Source of the DNA: Octopus sinensis
Lineage: Eukaryota
Direction of reading: 5' to 3'
NCBI RefSeq assembly: GCF_006345805.1
Contig: NC_043007.1
Location: 3,968,001-4,032,000, forward strand
Length of the DNA: 64,000 nt
Made by a program: the position numbers and the translations under genes
Notes under the pieces: generated by a model
Database searches by the model: none
What the model was told of the DNA's origin: nothing
The model's input: only the letters and a program-made list of their open reading frames with translations
In this document: one piece after another, positions 37,994 to 52,314 of the stretch
Layout of the letters: every line of letters starts with the position of its first letter
Numbering within the stretch: position 1 is the first letter of the stretch

Positions 37994-40202
37994 GGGGTTT
38001 CACTGTGAGAAATGTATTACTTTTAGACCAGTTGGTTCAATATTTTCATGACTCTTTGTGCCATAAGAGTTTTCTTTTAGTTTTTCTTTGGAGCTGATGT
38101 TCCCTACAAAAGGCTTCCTTTCTCTGTGAGTCATTGAAACCATGTCTTTCAATTATTTTAATGTTGGAAGGAACTTATCCAGATGTTATACCATCTACCT
38201 TGATATTTTGGTATGTTCTTAAGCTTTGTATGTTTTGAAGAAAAAATTGTTCTATCTTGGTGTGTTGGCTTCTTCATGGTGTTTTTTTGGTTTGTCACTT
38301 TATTTTTTTTTCCAGTGTTATTATTTAGAGTCGTTATATACATGTATGTAGTGTGTGTATGAGTGTATATATACTTATTTGTGTGTGTGTGAGGAAATGA
38401 ACAGGTGTACTTTTGAACATATATTAAAGACACAATTTAGCGTTCATGTTTTATAAATGAGTTTCCATATTTCTTCATTAGTCTTGCATATTTAGTTTGG
38501 AACAATAAACTTTCTGAAGTCCATTAACACCATGCAAACTTCTTGGGATTAACTTCAGAATAAAGTGATGACAGTGCTGGTGTTATTGTCACATTTTCAT
38601 TGTAGGCTGAAAGGGATCACAGGAAGAAGTTTGTAACTGAGAAAATTGTCTTTGTTGGATTGTGTGTGTGTGTGAATGATGAATGTCCACTCATAACCAA
38701 GGATGACCATCACTGATCATTAAGAACACTGTGCAGTTAGACAAATTTATACTTTACACTTTTGGCGCTGCTGGTGACTAATGAGTCCAGCTCTTGATAA
38801 ATACACATCTGCAGATATTACAAACCAAGCTTCCACCGTTCACTTACACGGGTGGTGCATTTTTGAGCAGGCTGCTTAAATTAATGTCCACTCTTTTGTT
38901 TACCTGTCCTACTTAAAAAAATTCCTTTAGTGGTCTCTTATTGCATGCAGGGGCGTAGTGTAAGATAAACAGACATGCATACATTCATACCTGTGTGTGT
39001 GTGTATTACAAATTAACTAGATATTGCCTTACAATTGTTTCAATGCACGCCTTTGAAGACACAGAAATGTATCGAAACAGTTTAACTAATTGTCAAGCAT
39101 TACCTATTTTATGAAAGGAATATTTATTGTACATTTATAATGTATTCAGTTCTTTCTTGAGTTATAGTCAACTAGTTTCCTGTTTGGGATTTACAGCAAA
39201 TACTTATGTGCTTGTGTGTACAAGCAAGAAATAAAACACTCACTAAAGACAAATAATTATGTAGAGTACTCATCATCATCATCATCAGTCCATTTTCCAT
39301 GCTGGCATTTTTCACACTGACTATTGCACTTGACAATATTGATGACTCTTCAGACATGGTGCCTGGAAGTGTATGGCCTTTTTTTTATTATTATTATTAT
39401 TCTGTAGGTACATGTAAACTCTGGTTGGTTGATGTTGGTAAAGAGACCAGAGTCAAAACATTTTCACTGCATTTGGTTCAGGTTCTTTTTATCAACACAA
39501 AACCAACTGAATTCTATATATATTTCAAGAATAAAAGTGGATGTGTATTTCTGATCACCATGTCTAAGGAATTGTCAACGTTCCCAAATGAAATTGTCTG
39601 CATGAAACTGATGGTAACATTCTCAGTATGGGAAACAAACATTAAATGATGATAATGATGATGATGATAATGATTCTCTTCTTTCCATTTTGTTTCCACT
39701 TCTTTATGAGTGTCTTCCCGACACCTAGAGCAAAGAAACTCACTGTATACATTGGTAAGCGATTAAAATAAACTCACCACATTGTTCATTTACAAAGTCG
39801 ATTGATAGAAAAACGGGAAAAGTATTATCATTATTATTATTATTACTATTACTATTTACTTTTAATCCGTATGTTTGTTACAGACACTTGCTGAAACACA
39901 CCCAGCTTTTCTTTCTAGGATGCATGAAGGATAAGAGATCATTCAGTATGACTGAAAGCTTGGGGAGGGGAAGTGGCAGTGGCAGTAGTGTATATAAATT
40001 ATGTAATACTACACAAATATTTAAATTGATAGGGCTTTTCTAAGGATGTGGGCAGTACTTGTCAACACAATCTTTTGGATTTCTCTGAGACATGGTTTAT
40101 CATTATTATCATTTTATATTATTTAGATGTTTCTGACACCCTTATCTTATATCTAGGACACCCTAAATAACAGGAGCAGCTATTATCATTATTGATATTA
40201 TT

Positions 40203-40411
40203 AAAGCAATGAACAGGCAGAATTCTTAGCACTGTGGGTGAAATGCTTAGTGGTATTTTGCCTGCTGCTATTTTCTGAGTTCAAATTCGACTTTGCTTTT
40301 ATCCTTTCGGGGCAAATAAATTAAGTACCAGTGAAACACTAGGGTTGATGTAATCAACTTGTCCCCCACTCTCCCCATAAATTTCAGGCCTTATGCCTTT
40401 AGTAGTAAAGG

Positions 40412-40412
<1 letters not shown>
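40203..40412 (+). mobile_element. Type A tRNA SINE followed by (ATT)n
   Basis: gagttcaaattcgactttgcttttatcctttcggggcaaataaattaagtaccag. Confidence 0.8.
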
Positions 40413-40456
<44 letters not shown>

Positions 40457-40479
40457 ATTATTATTATTATTATCATTAT

Positions 40480-40672
40480 GTGCCAGTGTCATAAAAAAGC
40501 ACCTGGTACACACGGTAAAGTAATTGGTGTTAAGAAGGGCATCAAGTTGTAGAAATCATGTCAAAACTGACATTGTAACCTGGCACAGCTCTGCAGCTCA
40601 TCAGATGCTGTCTAACAGACCACGCCATGCCAACATGGAAAATGGATATTAAATGATGATGATAATGATGAT
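40480..40672 (+). mobile_element. Diverged RTE 3' end
   Basis: cataaaaaagcacc...aagaagggcatcaagttgtagaaa...gatgatgat. Confidence 0.7.
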
Positions 40673-41685
40673 TATAAACATAGTTTGTGGTTTCGTGATG
40701 CTGATGCTCCTACTCAACAAACTTCATTAACTGACATGATAGTTGTTTTGAATTTGTATATTTAGGATTTACAGAACAGATTTGATTTGTCAGCAGAAGG
40801 AATGTAACAGCTGCAATGCATATGGAGCATCAAAACAGCATTGCATATGGTTACGATGCAACCAGCAAAGTATTACAGTAACTGTCAATATTTCTTCATT
40901 TGCATGTTTGTAAATAAATAAACAAACAGAATACAAACACATACTAATTGTTGCTATGAATACATTAATGAAATTACTGGGAGAAATATAAAAATAGGAA
41001 CAGATTTGAATATAAAGACTCAATTTGCCATAATTATCAAGTGATAATAATAATAATAATAAATAATAATTATAAAATGATAATGATGATAAATCATAAA
41101 AAATATATATGAAGTATAGATCATATATACAAAAAAATCCCAGGAATCATCTAGCTAATGGAGCTGGGTCATAAAATGTCATCCATTTAGCATCTATCTA
41201 ACTTGCCTTTACTGATAGTTTTGTTTGTTTGTTTTTTTGATGGATCATTTGGCAGTTAGCTCCATTTAATTTGATATGATTCAAGGCTAGAATAACAAAC
41301 CTGTGTGAGTGTGTGTGTGTGGATACAGTACATGATCAAATACTGTTAGATGTCATCTGAAGTAATTGTTAACAGTTAAATGATTCTTTGCCAATGAATT
41401 CTTTCAAAGACAAGTTAATGAAGTAAGTTGTCCAAGGGCCCATGGCAATACATCAGTGTCTGAACCTGCTGTTTCTTAGCCTTGAGTTCATCTTGGTATT
41501 GTCTCTGTGCTAAAGGTTGTCACTCTTGTCCCTTTTTCGCAAGAGCCATGTTATTGAAGTCTGCTTGACTTAAGAGTAATTTCTATACTGAAGAAGGTAA
41601 ATGGTATTGAGTCTTAGGATATGAATACATTTTAAAATACAACTAAAAGAAATCGATTGATAAATATGATGATTGAAAGATATAT

Positions 41686-42078
41686 TCTTTTAGATGTTTC
41701 AGTCATGAGACTGTGGTCATCCTGGTGAACCACCTTGAAGAATTTCAGGCAAATGAATCGACCCCAGTAACTATTTTTTTAAAGCCTGGTTCATATTCTA
41801 TTGGTCTCTTTTGCTGAACTGCTAAGTTACAGGGATGTTAATACACCAGCACCACATAAGCAGTGTAGAGAGGTCAGACAAACAGAAAGTCTCACACACA
41901 AGCAGAGGTGTATATATATATATATATTTCACAAAAAAATTCTTGCACAACAAATATATAAACGTGTATATATATATATATATATATATATACAACACTT
42001 GTGCAAGGTACCATGTAGAGGGATTGAACCTAGAACCATGTGGTTGAGAAGCAAACTTCTTACCACAAACCCACACCT
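41686..42078 (-). mobile_element. Type B SINE, internally deleted
   Basis: tgtttcagtcat...atcgaccccag...ctattggtctcttttgctgaactgctaagttac, and head gattgaacctagaaccatgtggttgagaagcaaacttcttaccac. Confidence 0.75.
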
Positions 42079-42479
42079 GCACACACACACACAAACACAT
42101 GCATACACACACACACGCACACGGTATCCAAATAAGATGAAATTAATCCAATACTGAGCCTTTAGAAATTTGGCAAGGATGCCATTTGACATCCACTGCT
42201 TAATTAAAGTTATGTTTTATTGGTCATTATTGTTATACTGAGGTGGACTAGTAATTTGAATGAAGGATGTATCAAATCAAATGAATTCCTTCAGCAGAGC
42301 TGAGCGATGAAACATTAGAAGTTGCTAAGGCTATGTTAGTGAGGCACATATAATATTGGTAGAGCCACAGATTTTTCACAAACAAATGTTCATCAAATTT
42401 TAGAACAATTAATAAATAATGACATATAGGAAAAGAAAAAGAAAATGAAGAAGGCTTCTAACAATGCAGAAAGTTTAAC

Positions 42480-43505
42480 AAAAACCTTTATATTTCAGGT
42501 GCTAAGGCCCACTCTCAGAAGGAAGCAGTCCAAGAAATGTCTAGTTACATCAATAATTTCAATATTTTATTTAAACTGCTCAGCATTTGAGTTAGCAGCA
42601 GTAGCAGCAACTCTCCAACTGTTGTTGGTTGTTGAGACTTGTTTTCACATGATTCTGGTGGAAGTTAGTGTTGGTGCCATGTGTTATGATGTTTGCTGCA
42701 CTCACTGTGATGTTTTCATAGGAGCCAGGCCAGCCCAGCTCAGCCCAGCCCATCTCCAAATGACTGTTAACTTTTGGGTTGAGGCGGTGGACCAATATAG
42801 CTTCCTTGTTATGAAGCAGTGTTCCTCTCCAAGGCCAGTATGGAGACATCTATCTCTTTAGTAGTGTTGTCACATTTGGTTAGGTTCATTGTGGAAGGCA
42901 GATGTGTTGGTAATGAGGTGCTCTTTCATTCAGACATGAAGTGGACTGACTGTGCTGCATTTGGAGTACCATATCTAGTGTACCATGTATGTAGACACAC
43001 GTTAGTGTTGAGAATAGGTCAGTTTGCCAGTGTGCATTGCTGTTGTTCTGCTTGTGACCACCTCATTGATAGGTGTTTATGTAGGGACAGTCTTGAATAG
43101 TCCTATAGGATGTTGAGGTCTTCCCTGCAGATGGCCTTGTAAATGGCGGAGATGGTCTTCTCATTAAAGTGGGGAATCTTCATGAAGCAGGTCTTAAAGA
43201 GATCCTTCTTGCCATGTTTATTTGGCTTGTGTCTGCATATAGAGTTAACAATGGATGTTGGGTTTCTGTTGATCTCAAGTACCTTTAGGAACTGAGCACC
43301 ATGTGCATCCAGCTGATGTTGTTACTGCATCTTTTGTGTATCTAGGTGATCTTGTTATGTACGCATCTCATCTTAGCCCTGATGGCAGAGGAGGCAGCTT
43401 GTAATGAATGAAGAAGTCCCTACAAGCTGATTCTCAGTAGAATGCCATGTCAGTTTCCCCCTTGTCAGTGATGTTTAGTTGAAAGTCAAGCGAAGAGAGG
43501 AAACC
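42480..43505 (-). mobile_element. Penelope-like element 3' part (RT thumb and GIY-YIG), decayed
   Basis: LSSLDFQLNI...FY...FIHY, PLHV*MKEH, KEAILVHRLNPKVN (GIY-YIG C-terminal EAxxI...PxxN); HHR-like motif near the 3' end. Confidence 0.7.
42485..42522 (-). ncRNA. Decayed minimal HHR-like motif
   Basis: CCUU-CUGAGAG-UGGG(CCUUAGCA)CCU-GAAA-UAUA^AAGG; core deviates from CUGANGA. Confidence 0.45.
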
Positions 43506-44618
43506 AAATTAAAGAAAAATAATGAATAATAAGGAATAAAAATAAGGAAAAGAAATATAGTCCTTGAAAGAAAAAGGAAAAGGTCAGAGAAATTTAGCAA
43601 ATAACTCAACTCACTGATCTTTTATTTTAAACTGTCTTTGCAATCCATGTTGAGAAGGTATGAAATGGATGAAGAAACTGCATTGAATGCTCAATAAGAG
43701 GAACCCAGTTAATGATAAGATTTAACACATTTTCGTTGTTGATGTTGATGTCAGTCACCACTATAAAATGATCACTTGTATATGGTATTGGACCACTTGC
43801 TGAAAATCTTTATTGTCTGCTATTTATGTCGTTGGCAATACATTCTATTCTGTATTCTTTAATTCACCTGGCCAATGGAAATAAATAGCAGATTATCTGG
43901 AAATGTTGTTCAAGGTCAAAATCTTATCTAGAAATATGTCATTTGCTTAATAGCATAAAATTAAAGCAGATTGTTGGTTTTGCTTCTTAGGAGACATTTG
44001 TATTTTTGTTGTCTCTCTGAACAGGAGGCTTTTATCAGTGATCCTCAATTTATCTGGTTTCTCAGGAATATCTATTTACACATTTGACAAAATTAATCTG
44101 TAAAACTCTAGCATCTTATCCCAGAAAAGAACCATTTTTCTAGAAGCCAAATTATATCCTAATTCTTTGTGGTTCCTGAGGTTCTTGAAAGGATTAATTG
44201 CTACTTAATTTTATCAATGGTAAAAGGGTGAAAAATGGCTCCCATAGGAATTGAATGACAAAGCACCAGTAACGAAACAATAAAATATTTGTGCTGTGCT
44301 ATACTGCCTCAGCCATCTCTAGCGTTTGCTTATGAATAAATTATGGTAAGTATGGATGAAGTATTCTGCATTTAGTATCTGTTTAGTATCTGCTGCATTG
44401 TGACGCTAGTGTAGGTTTCAATGAGTCATACTAGCTGTTATGTATGTAACTATTATTGGAATAGCATATTAATCAATTTTTTTTTTTTTTCAATATATAG
44501 AAATGTATTTGTGCACTTAAGTGTGTGGTGGTGTGTGTGTGTAGATTTGTTTTCCTGTTCATTCATTATTTTGTCTCTCAGTGTCAATATGTTAATTTCT
44601 GATTTAATTTATGCATGC

Positions 44619-44651
<33 letters not shown>

Positions 44652-44867
44652 CATTCAGTTGTTCATTTAATGTGCAATTTTCCATGCTACCAAGGTTTGG
44701 GTGGGGATTTATAGGAAACAACATTTTACAGCTAGATGTTCTTTCTGTTGCCAACCTTTACATGTTTTTCAGGTAAAGGATTTAGATTTATTCCAATGGT
44801 CTTTTTAAAGTAGAGAGCAACTGGTTGTCATGCCAACAAAAAAAAAAAAAAAAAAATATATATATAA

Positions 44868-45278
44868 GGCGCAGGAGTGGCTGTGTGGTAAGTAGCTTGT
44901 CTACCAACCCCATGGTTCCGGGTTCAGTCCCACTGTGTGGCACCTTGGGCAAGTGTCTTCTACTATAGCCTCGGGCCGACCAAAGCCTTGTGAGTGGATT
45001 TGGTAGACGGAAACTGAAAGAAGCCCGTCGTATATATGTATATATATATAAATGCATGTGTGTGTTTGTGTGTCTGTGTTTGTCCCCCTAGCATTGCTTG
45101 ACAACCGATGCTGGTGTGTTTATGTCCCCGTTACTTAGCGGTTCGGCAAAAGAGACTGATAGAATAAGTACTGGACTTACAAAAAGAATAAGTCCCGGGG
45201 TCGAGTTGCTCAATTAAAGGTGGTGCTCCAGCATGGCCGCAGTCAAATGACTGAAACAAGTAAAAGAGTAAAAAGAGT
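44868..45278 (+). mobile_element. Type B tRNA/CORE SINE, full-length reference copy
   Basis: A-box tggctgtgtgg, B-box ggttcagtcc, CORE-like ccttgggcaagtgtctt, internal (AT/GT)n, tail gactgaaacaagtaaaagagtaaaaagagta. Confidence 0.9.
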
Positions 45279-45680
45279 ATATATAAAACTGAGATCAGTT
45301 TCACTCATATAGTAACAAGTAAAGTCATAAAGTGTCACCTTTAGCATGCAATGTGTACACACACACAAACACATGCTGAGCTTCCATGCAGTTTTTGCCT
45401 GCTAGTACCACTCCCAAGGTATTAGTTGGCCAGCGGTTATAGTAAACGCTTGCAAGAACTACTGCAAATTGAGATTGAACCTAAAAACCATGTGGTTGCA
45501 AAGTGAATTCTTCACCCGCACAGCCATGACTTTGTTTTACATATATATCTGTACTGGTGGCACATAAAAAGCACTTTTCAAGCGTTGGGCCTCATGGAGG
45601 CAATGACAAATGACTGAGACCTTTGGCAATATGCCGTGCTTGCGAAGAAGACCCTATTATTATTATTATTATTATTATTA

Positions 45681-46250
45681 AGGTGGTGAGCTGGCAGAAT
45701 GGTTAGCATGCTGAGCAAAATGCTTAGTAGCATTTTGTCTGTCTTTATGTTCTAAGTTCAAATTCTGCCAAGATTGATTTTTGCCTTTCATGCTTTTGGA
45801 ATTGATAAATTAAGTCCCAGATGAGTACTGGGGTCGATATAATCAACTTAACCCTTACCCCAAAATTTCATCTGTCTTTATGTTCTGAGTTCAAATTCCA
45901 CTGAGGTCAACTTTGCCTTTCATCCATTTGGGGTCAGTAAAATAGTACCAGTTGAGCACTGGGGGAGGGGATGTAATCCATTTATCCTCTCCTCCAAAAT
46001 TGCTGGCCTTGTGCGAAAATTTGAAGCCATTATGAAGGCAGTGAGCTGGCAGAATCATTAGCACGCTGGGGAAAATGCTTAGCAGCATTTCATCCGTCCT
46101 TACATTCTGAGTTCAAATTCCGCCAAGGTCACCTTTGTCTTTCATCCTTTCAGGGTTGGTAAATTAAGTACCAGTGAAACACTGGGGTCAGTGTAATTGA
46201 CTAGTCCCCTTCCCCAAACTTTCAGACCTTGTGCCTGTAGTAGAAAGGAT
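45681..46250 (+). mobile_element. Head-to-tail trimer of type A SINEs
   Basis: Three consecutive gttcaaattc...ctttcat cores; units start near 45681, 45866 (headless) and 46035; (ATT)n on both flanks. Confidence 0.85.
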
Positions 46251-49200
46251 TATTATTATTATTATTGTTGTTGTTGTTGTTATCTCCTCGCAGCATTGCA
46301 TTTTGACATTGATCAAGACATTTAACATTGTTTGGTATAGCTATATACATATGTGCTCACTGTATTTTGCTCTTGATCACATGAGGAGTGTATAAGATAA
46401 CTGCAGCCTTTTTGTTTACCCATTTAATGACATTCAGAGATAAAATGTTTAAATAAATTTTGAAAATTAATCAAGAATTTGAAAGGATTTAGAAAATACC
46501 AAACTTTTTCGTTATTAAGCTGGTTATCAAAACACAACTTGACAAAAGTCTTATATGAAATTGCAGTGAGTTTTTAAAAATATTAAAACTTCAAAATCAG
46601 CAGAATCAGAGTTTGTCATAAGCAGGTTGGCATCAACAGGGTTAATAACCTTTCTTCCTAGTGTTAATGCTATGAAAATGTATACCATACCATATATATA
46701 TGAGCCTTTTGCTTACACACTTATATGCAACATATGTCACTCCTCCAGTTGCTTTGTTGCGTGCAAGGCTTTGACACAACCAAAAGCAAAAGAATATTTT
46801 CTCACCATTGTTTCTTTTTATTTTGGTTTTACAACAACATACTCTCTTGTATGTTGTATATTTTTCACAGGAAAAGGTGAGGTCAACGAAACATTTGTCA
46901 ATATTAGTGCTACACTCACTCTCCATAATGAATTATACTTCTCTGTGATATGTACCTAGAGCTAGAGGACTTAGTCAATGAGAAGAGAATGTTTTAACCA
47001 TGGGGTATGATGTAGTGGAGAGCATTAGGTATGAACTTTGTTTGTAGAAGACTGATTCTTTATTTGAGACTGCATTTGCCCTCCCATTCTTTCTCTATCT
47101 GTGTCATGCACTGTGGATTAGAAATACACGATGCTGTACGATCTCTGTCAGCAACACTTCAACAGTGGCAGGGAATTGATTTGAAGATGGTAAGGGATTT
47201 ATTAAGAGAAATTTAGTTGCTACATTAAGTAGATCAAACAGCTACATAGAAGCTCCTTCTTGTCTCAAAGGCTGTTTGTAATGTTAATGATTGGCTGTGG
47301 AGAGATTCAGAAGCAGGAAAGCAGATGAGTGGCATGAAGCAGAGGTGGGGAAGGAACCAAATATGAGGTTAGGGGCTTTTAGCAACTTTTGAAGAACAGA
47401 ATACAGTGTTGCAGAGGTTGAATTAGCATAAAGGACTATAATTCCATAGACAGTGAGTCACTCTTTTAAAATATCCTAATAGATATTTTATCATACCATT
47501 GAACAAAGAATTATTTACTCTACATGTATAAACATCACTTAGTTGGTAAATAGTTAAAGAATGCAGCAGTCCACAAGAATAGAAAGCAGTAACACATAAT
47601 GGTAAATTTTTTGGATATGATCCAGACTTGATTGAATAATTGATGTCTAAATTGGTGGCCTATACTTCTGAGTCTGAACACTGCTTTCATACATCCCAGG
47701 GGGTCAATAAAACAAGAAACAACAGTTTTGACCATATTTGGCTGAATTTGTTTTGCATCACACTCAAGTGTTCAATTAAATACTTCTGTTAGATAAATAT
47801 ATTCAACCAAATTAAATGGCACTTCAAAATGAGTAAATCAATAATGCGAATAATCTGACCAACAACAACAGTAACAACAATAAAAGGGAAGATCAAACCA
47901 ATGAGGTTGCACGATCTGTTAGAAATAGCAGCTAAATCTCCCTTAAATTACACTTATATTTTTTAACAAGGAAAAAACATTAGATAATGCAGGCCTAGAC
48001 ACCTTTAAAATAATGAGATGGTCTGTGACTGGAATGCTTTCCATTTTAAACCTGCTTGGTCAAAGTAACACAATCATTTCTTTTTATTGTTACCACAAAC
48101 ACATTTTTATTGTTATCACTTCACATTTTGAAAAAGCTGTTAAATCTTCTTTCACTGTTTCCTGGCCATAATTAAAATTAGGACCAAAAAAAAAAACATG
48201 ACCCCCAAATCATCAAAACACTATGTCTAATATATAAATGAGGTGATTACAGCATAAATCCCACAAGATATATTTTCTGCCAACACCATCTCCAAATATA
48301 ACTGCACTATCCCAGTGTAGTCAAAGCCAGATTGATCTAGCAGCAAGAGTAGCATATGTTACAAGTTTGGCATTTTCAAGGGCCCTGTGATAGATGCTTG
48401 CAAGCTATTAATTCCAATTCAGTGATTTTGTATATGCTCTATTACTATAGTACTATACTGCCTTCAACTTTCATGAATGAATGGGTGTTTAAGGTTGATG
48501 CAATACTCAGAACACTTTGGGGATATAATACACTTTAAATCAAATAAACGGCAACAATCAAATTGAATGGCGATGGTAAATGGCAGAGTTACTTCATATT
48601 TGTTAAATGGTAATTAATAGACTTGTCATTTTACTTCTTTATTTCGATGTATTAAACTCATCATACAGTAATTGGGCTTAATTATTATTTTTCTCATAAA
48701 TAAGATTAGTTGAATGAATCAGATTGTTACTAAAATATTGTAGACAATGAAATGCTAATCATTCCCATTAGCTCAATTCATTAGGTTCGAAACATTATAT
48801 TGTATATAGTTTCTACTTTATACTGTTTAGCAAAACCATAAGACAAGTAACAAAAGTTTATATTAATAAAACCACATTTTTGAAAACAAAAATTTGTATC
48901 ATATAAGGGTTTTGTATTGGGAATATTTGAATTGTGCATCTTTGATGTTTATGTAACAATAGTATATGTTAGTGAGTTCATATAATGGTTGGAGCATTTA
49001 AGCTTTATAATTTTAGGTTTGGTTTGGTTTGAAATGAAATCAGGGTCTGTAGAGGATGCTTCCAACTATTCACAATCGCTGTGGGGTAATTTTCCTTAAC
49101 ATCAACATACAAAAATGAATTAATTGGAAATGAGGGCTTGTAGGTTTTCAGCATATTGGGAGTGTTGGTAGGTACTAGATTATTCATTAGTAAAGGTCAT

Positions 49201-49490
49201 TCCACTTAGATGGCCTCTTCAAGCATCATACATTTTGGAATCTTTGAGGAATAGGAGTAAAATCCAAGTGAAATCCATGGTAAGGAAGGGAATGCTAACG
49301 CAACTTATTGTGTCTAAACTCTTCTCTTCCACAGTTAACCTTTCACATGTCTGAAACATGTTGGCTAGGAAGTAAATAACGTTAGGTAAAATATATAATG
49401 CAAGTCTTGTATTGATTTTGGTTGCCTCCTCTCCATTGTACCAGTTTATCTATCTCTCTCTTCTCTCCCCTTCCCCTCACTCTCTGTGTT

Positions 49491-49544
<54 letters not shown>

Positions 49545-49799
49545 ATATAAGCCATTCAAAAATTATAAGTTGACTCTCCACTAAAGTGCACATTTAACAA
49601 ACACCGGTGGCAACTGGGTTTATTCCCACTCTCTTTTCTAATTGATCCATATGCTGATTGATAAAATGTGCAGTTGGGTGCATAAAAATGATAATTCAAT
49701 AAAATATCTGTTTTGTTTCAAATAAACACAAAGTATAGCAAGCCAGAATTATTCAGTAGCACCCCTCTAACTGCTCAAAAAGCATAAGAAGCCTCTTCT

Positions 49800-50570
49800 G
49801 TTTTCCATGTAAGGTTTTGCTTTCAGGATATTTATTAAAGTTAAGTGGAATATTGTTCAATAACAGGAAAAAGTAAGCAATATCTTTGGTAGATGTGAAG
49901 AAAGTTCCTCACATAGGGAAGCTTCACTGTTGATGCTTAAAAGCCAAGGTGAATCTGTCAGCTCCTTACATATGTAAGAAATGGAGGCTTCTTCAGTCTT
50001 GGTACACATTTCTTGAAGTTATAAAGGTTTTGGATGAATGAAGCCTTTCATTTTATGTTGGAGAATTACTGTTGAAGAATTACTGGCCAAGCATGATCTG
50101 TTTCTGGCAAAGTGCACGAAATACTCATACTCATAAAAAAGCAAATATAAGGGATGCAAATCATACCAATTTAAAATAACGCATAAAGAATTCCTCAACC
50201 TGACAGATTCAGCATACTGGAACAGATAATTTGTGATATGAAGAAATATGTTATTTTGCTTTGTTGGTTTCTATTGTATCAAATATGAGCCATCTGTCTG
50301 ACTCCACATTATGTGCTGTTATTTAGGCCAGTTGGAAGATTTGTAAAGATTTGGGATGTGGAAAGTTCATAGTACTGAATGGCTCACTCAGTGTTAATTT
50401 GACTTTTAAAAGATAAATGGCATTTATATAAAAACTGTTGTGGTCAAAGTTGTGATGATATCAGCAACAGAAATCATATGTAATGGCTCTGAAGGAAGAA
50501 TTAAAATGTTGAATGGGCTTGCAGATTGTATTCCATGTTTGGTACATTTACTAAATTTGGTTAGAAAAGT
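49800..50570 (+). mobile_element. hAT (Tip100/Zaphod-like) transposase relic
   Basis: NCCGQSCDDISN...NGSEGRIKMLNGLADCIPCLVHLLNLV resembles CRGQSYDNAxNM...GxQxxI...PCxxHxLNLV. Confidence 0.7.
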
Positions 50571-51234
50571 TGTGTGAAAAAGTGTCACACCCTAGCGGTT
50601 GAGGGAACCTGTGGAAGAGGTAGAGCCAGGAAGACCTGGGACGAGGTGGTGAAGCATGACCTTTGAACATTAGGCCTCACCAAGGCAATGACTAGTGACC
50701 GAGACCTTTGGAAATATGCTGTGCTTGAGAAGACCCGGCAAACCAAGTGAGACCATAACCCATGGCCTTTGCCAGGGGTGTAACCAGCCCGCTTATGCAT
50801 ACCTTTTCCTTCATTGGACACTAAACTCTGCTTGTGAAGACCTGTTGAGGCAAGTGAAATTGAAATCAAATTCGATGACTGACATCCATGCTAGTGGAGC
50901 GCTAAGAGCACCATCCGAGCGTTAACTGGCTTCCGTGCACTATTTGAGCGTGATCATTACCAGTGTCGCCTTAGTGGCACTTGTGCTTGTGGCACATGAA
51001 AAAATATTTGAGCGAGGTTGTTGCCAGTGCTGCTGGACTGGCTCCTGTGCAGGTGGCACGTAAAATCACCCACTACACTCTTGGAGTGGTTGGCGTTGGG
51101 AAAGGCATCCAGCTGTAGAAACTCTGGCAGATCAGATTGGAGCCTGGTACAGCCATCTGGTTCGCCAGTCCTCAGTCAAATCGTCCAATTCCATACCAGC
51201 ATGGGAAGCCGATGTTAAACAATGATAATGATGA
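50571..51234 (+). mobile_element. 5'-truncated RTE LINE: ORF C-terminus plus full 3' UTR
   Basis: VEGTCGRGRARKTWDEVVKHDL*TLGLTKAMTSDRDLW is an RTE C-terminus, continuous with the (GAT)n-tailed UTR seen throughout the window. Confidence 0.9.
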
Positions 51235-51409
51235 TTTTCTTTTAAATTTTTATGTCTGTTTTTCTAGTTTGCATGTATTAAAAGGTTTCAAATGAATTGC
51301 AAACTAGGGTGGTGGATAGCAATTTTGGTTGAGTCTCTTTATTTTCTGTGTGCCTACCTTGCAAGGTTTAACTGTTTTTCTTTCACCTAGGTCAATAAAA
51401 TAAACATCA

Positions 51410-51832
51410 GGCGTAGGAGTGGTTGTGTGGTAAGTAGCTTGCTTACGAACCACATGGTTCCGGGTTCAGTCCCACTGTGTGGCACCTTGGGCAAGTGTCT
51501 TCTACTATAGCCTCGGGCCAACCAAATCCTTGTGAGTGGATTTGGCAGACGGAAACTGAAAGAAGCCCGTCGTATATATGTATATATATATATATATATA
51601 TTTGTATCTGTGTGTGTATATGTTTGTGTGTCTGTGTTTGTCCCCACAACATCACTTGACAACTGATGCTGGTGTGTTCACGGCTCTGTAACTTAGCAGT
51701 TCGGCAAAAGAGACCAATATAATATGTACTAGGCTTACAAAGAATAAGTCCTGGGGTTGATTTGCTCGACTAAAAGCGGTGCTCCAGCATGGCCACAGTC
51801 ACATGACTGAAACAAGTAAAAAAAAAAAAAAA
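51410..51832 (+). mobile_element. Type B tRNA/CORE SINE, full length
   Basis: Near-identical to 44868-45278; A-rich tail. Confidence 0.9.
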
Positions 51833-52233
51833 GGTCAGGCAAATATCCTGTCCCAAAATTTGTATCCTTCTACCAAAGTTAAAACTTGTTATTTATTGTG
51901 ATGAATGACTGCTGCAATATAGAAAGGTACTTTTATTTCAGATAGGTTAATTGAGGCAAGAAGATCGACAGACTTAACCTAATGTTGAATCTACCAGTCT
52001 CTTTACAATTTTGTCAGCTGATACTTCTGCAAGGGCTTGAAAATATAGCCAAGTTCAGCTTAATCAATATCTTAATTACTCAATAGCCAATACAATATCT
52101 GAAAAATTAATCAAGAAAATTAATCCCTACGACCATTATAATATAGCGTAAAGGGCCAATTTATCTATCAGAAAAATCTCCACAGACTACAAAACATTGG
52201 TATAGAATTTAATTTGGTGAAAATCAATTTTTG

Positions 52234-52249
52234 TCAATGATTCCCATAA

Positions 52250-52314
<65 letters not shown>

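Noticed and set aside
39030-39090. UUGAAGA...CGAAAC with a short inverted flank
   Set aside because: Core C is missing and pairing is weak; too degraded to call.
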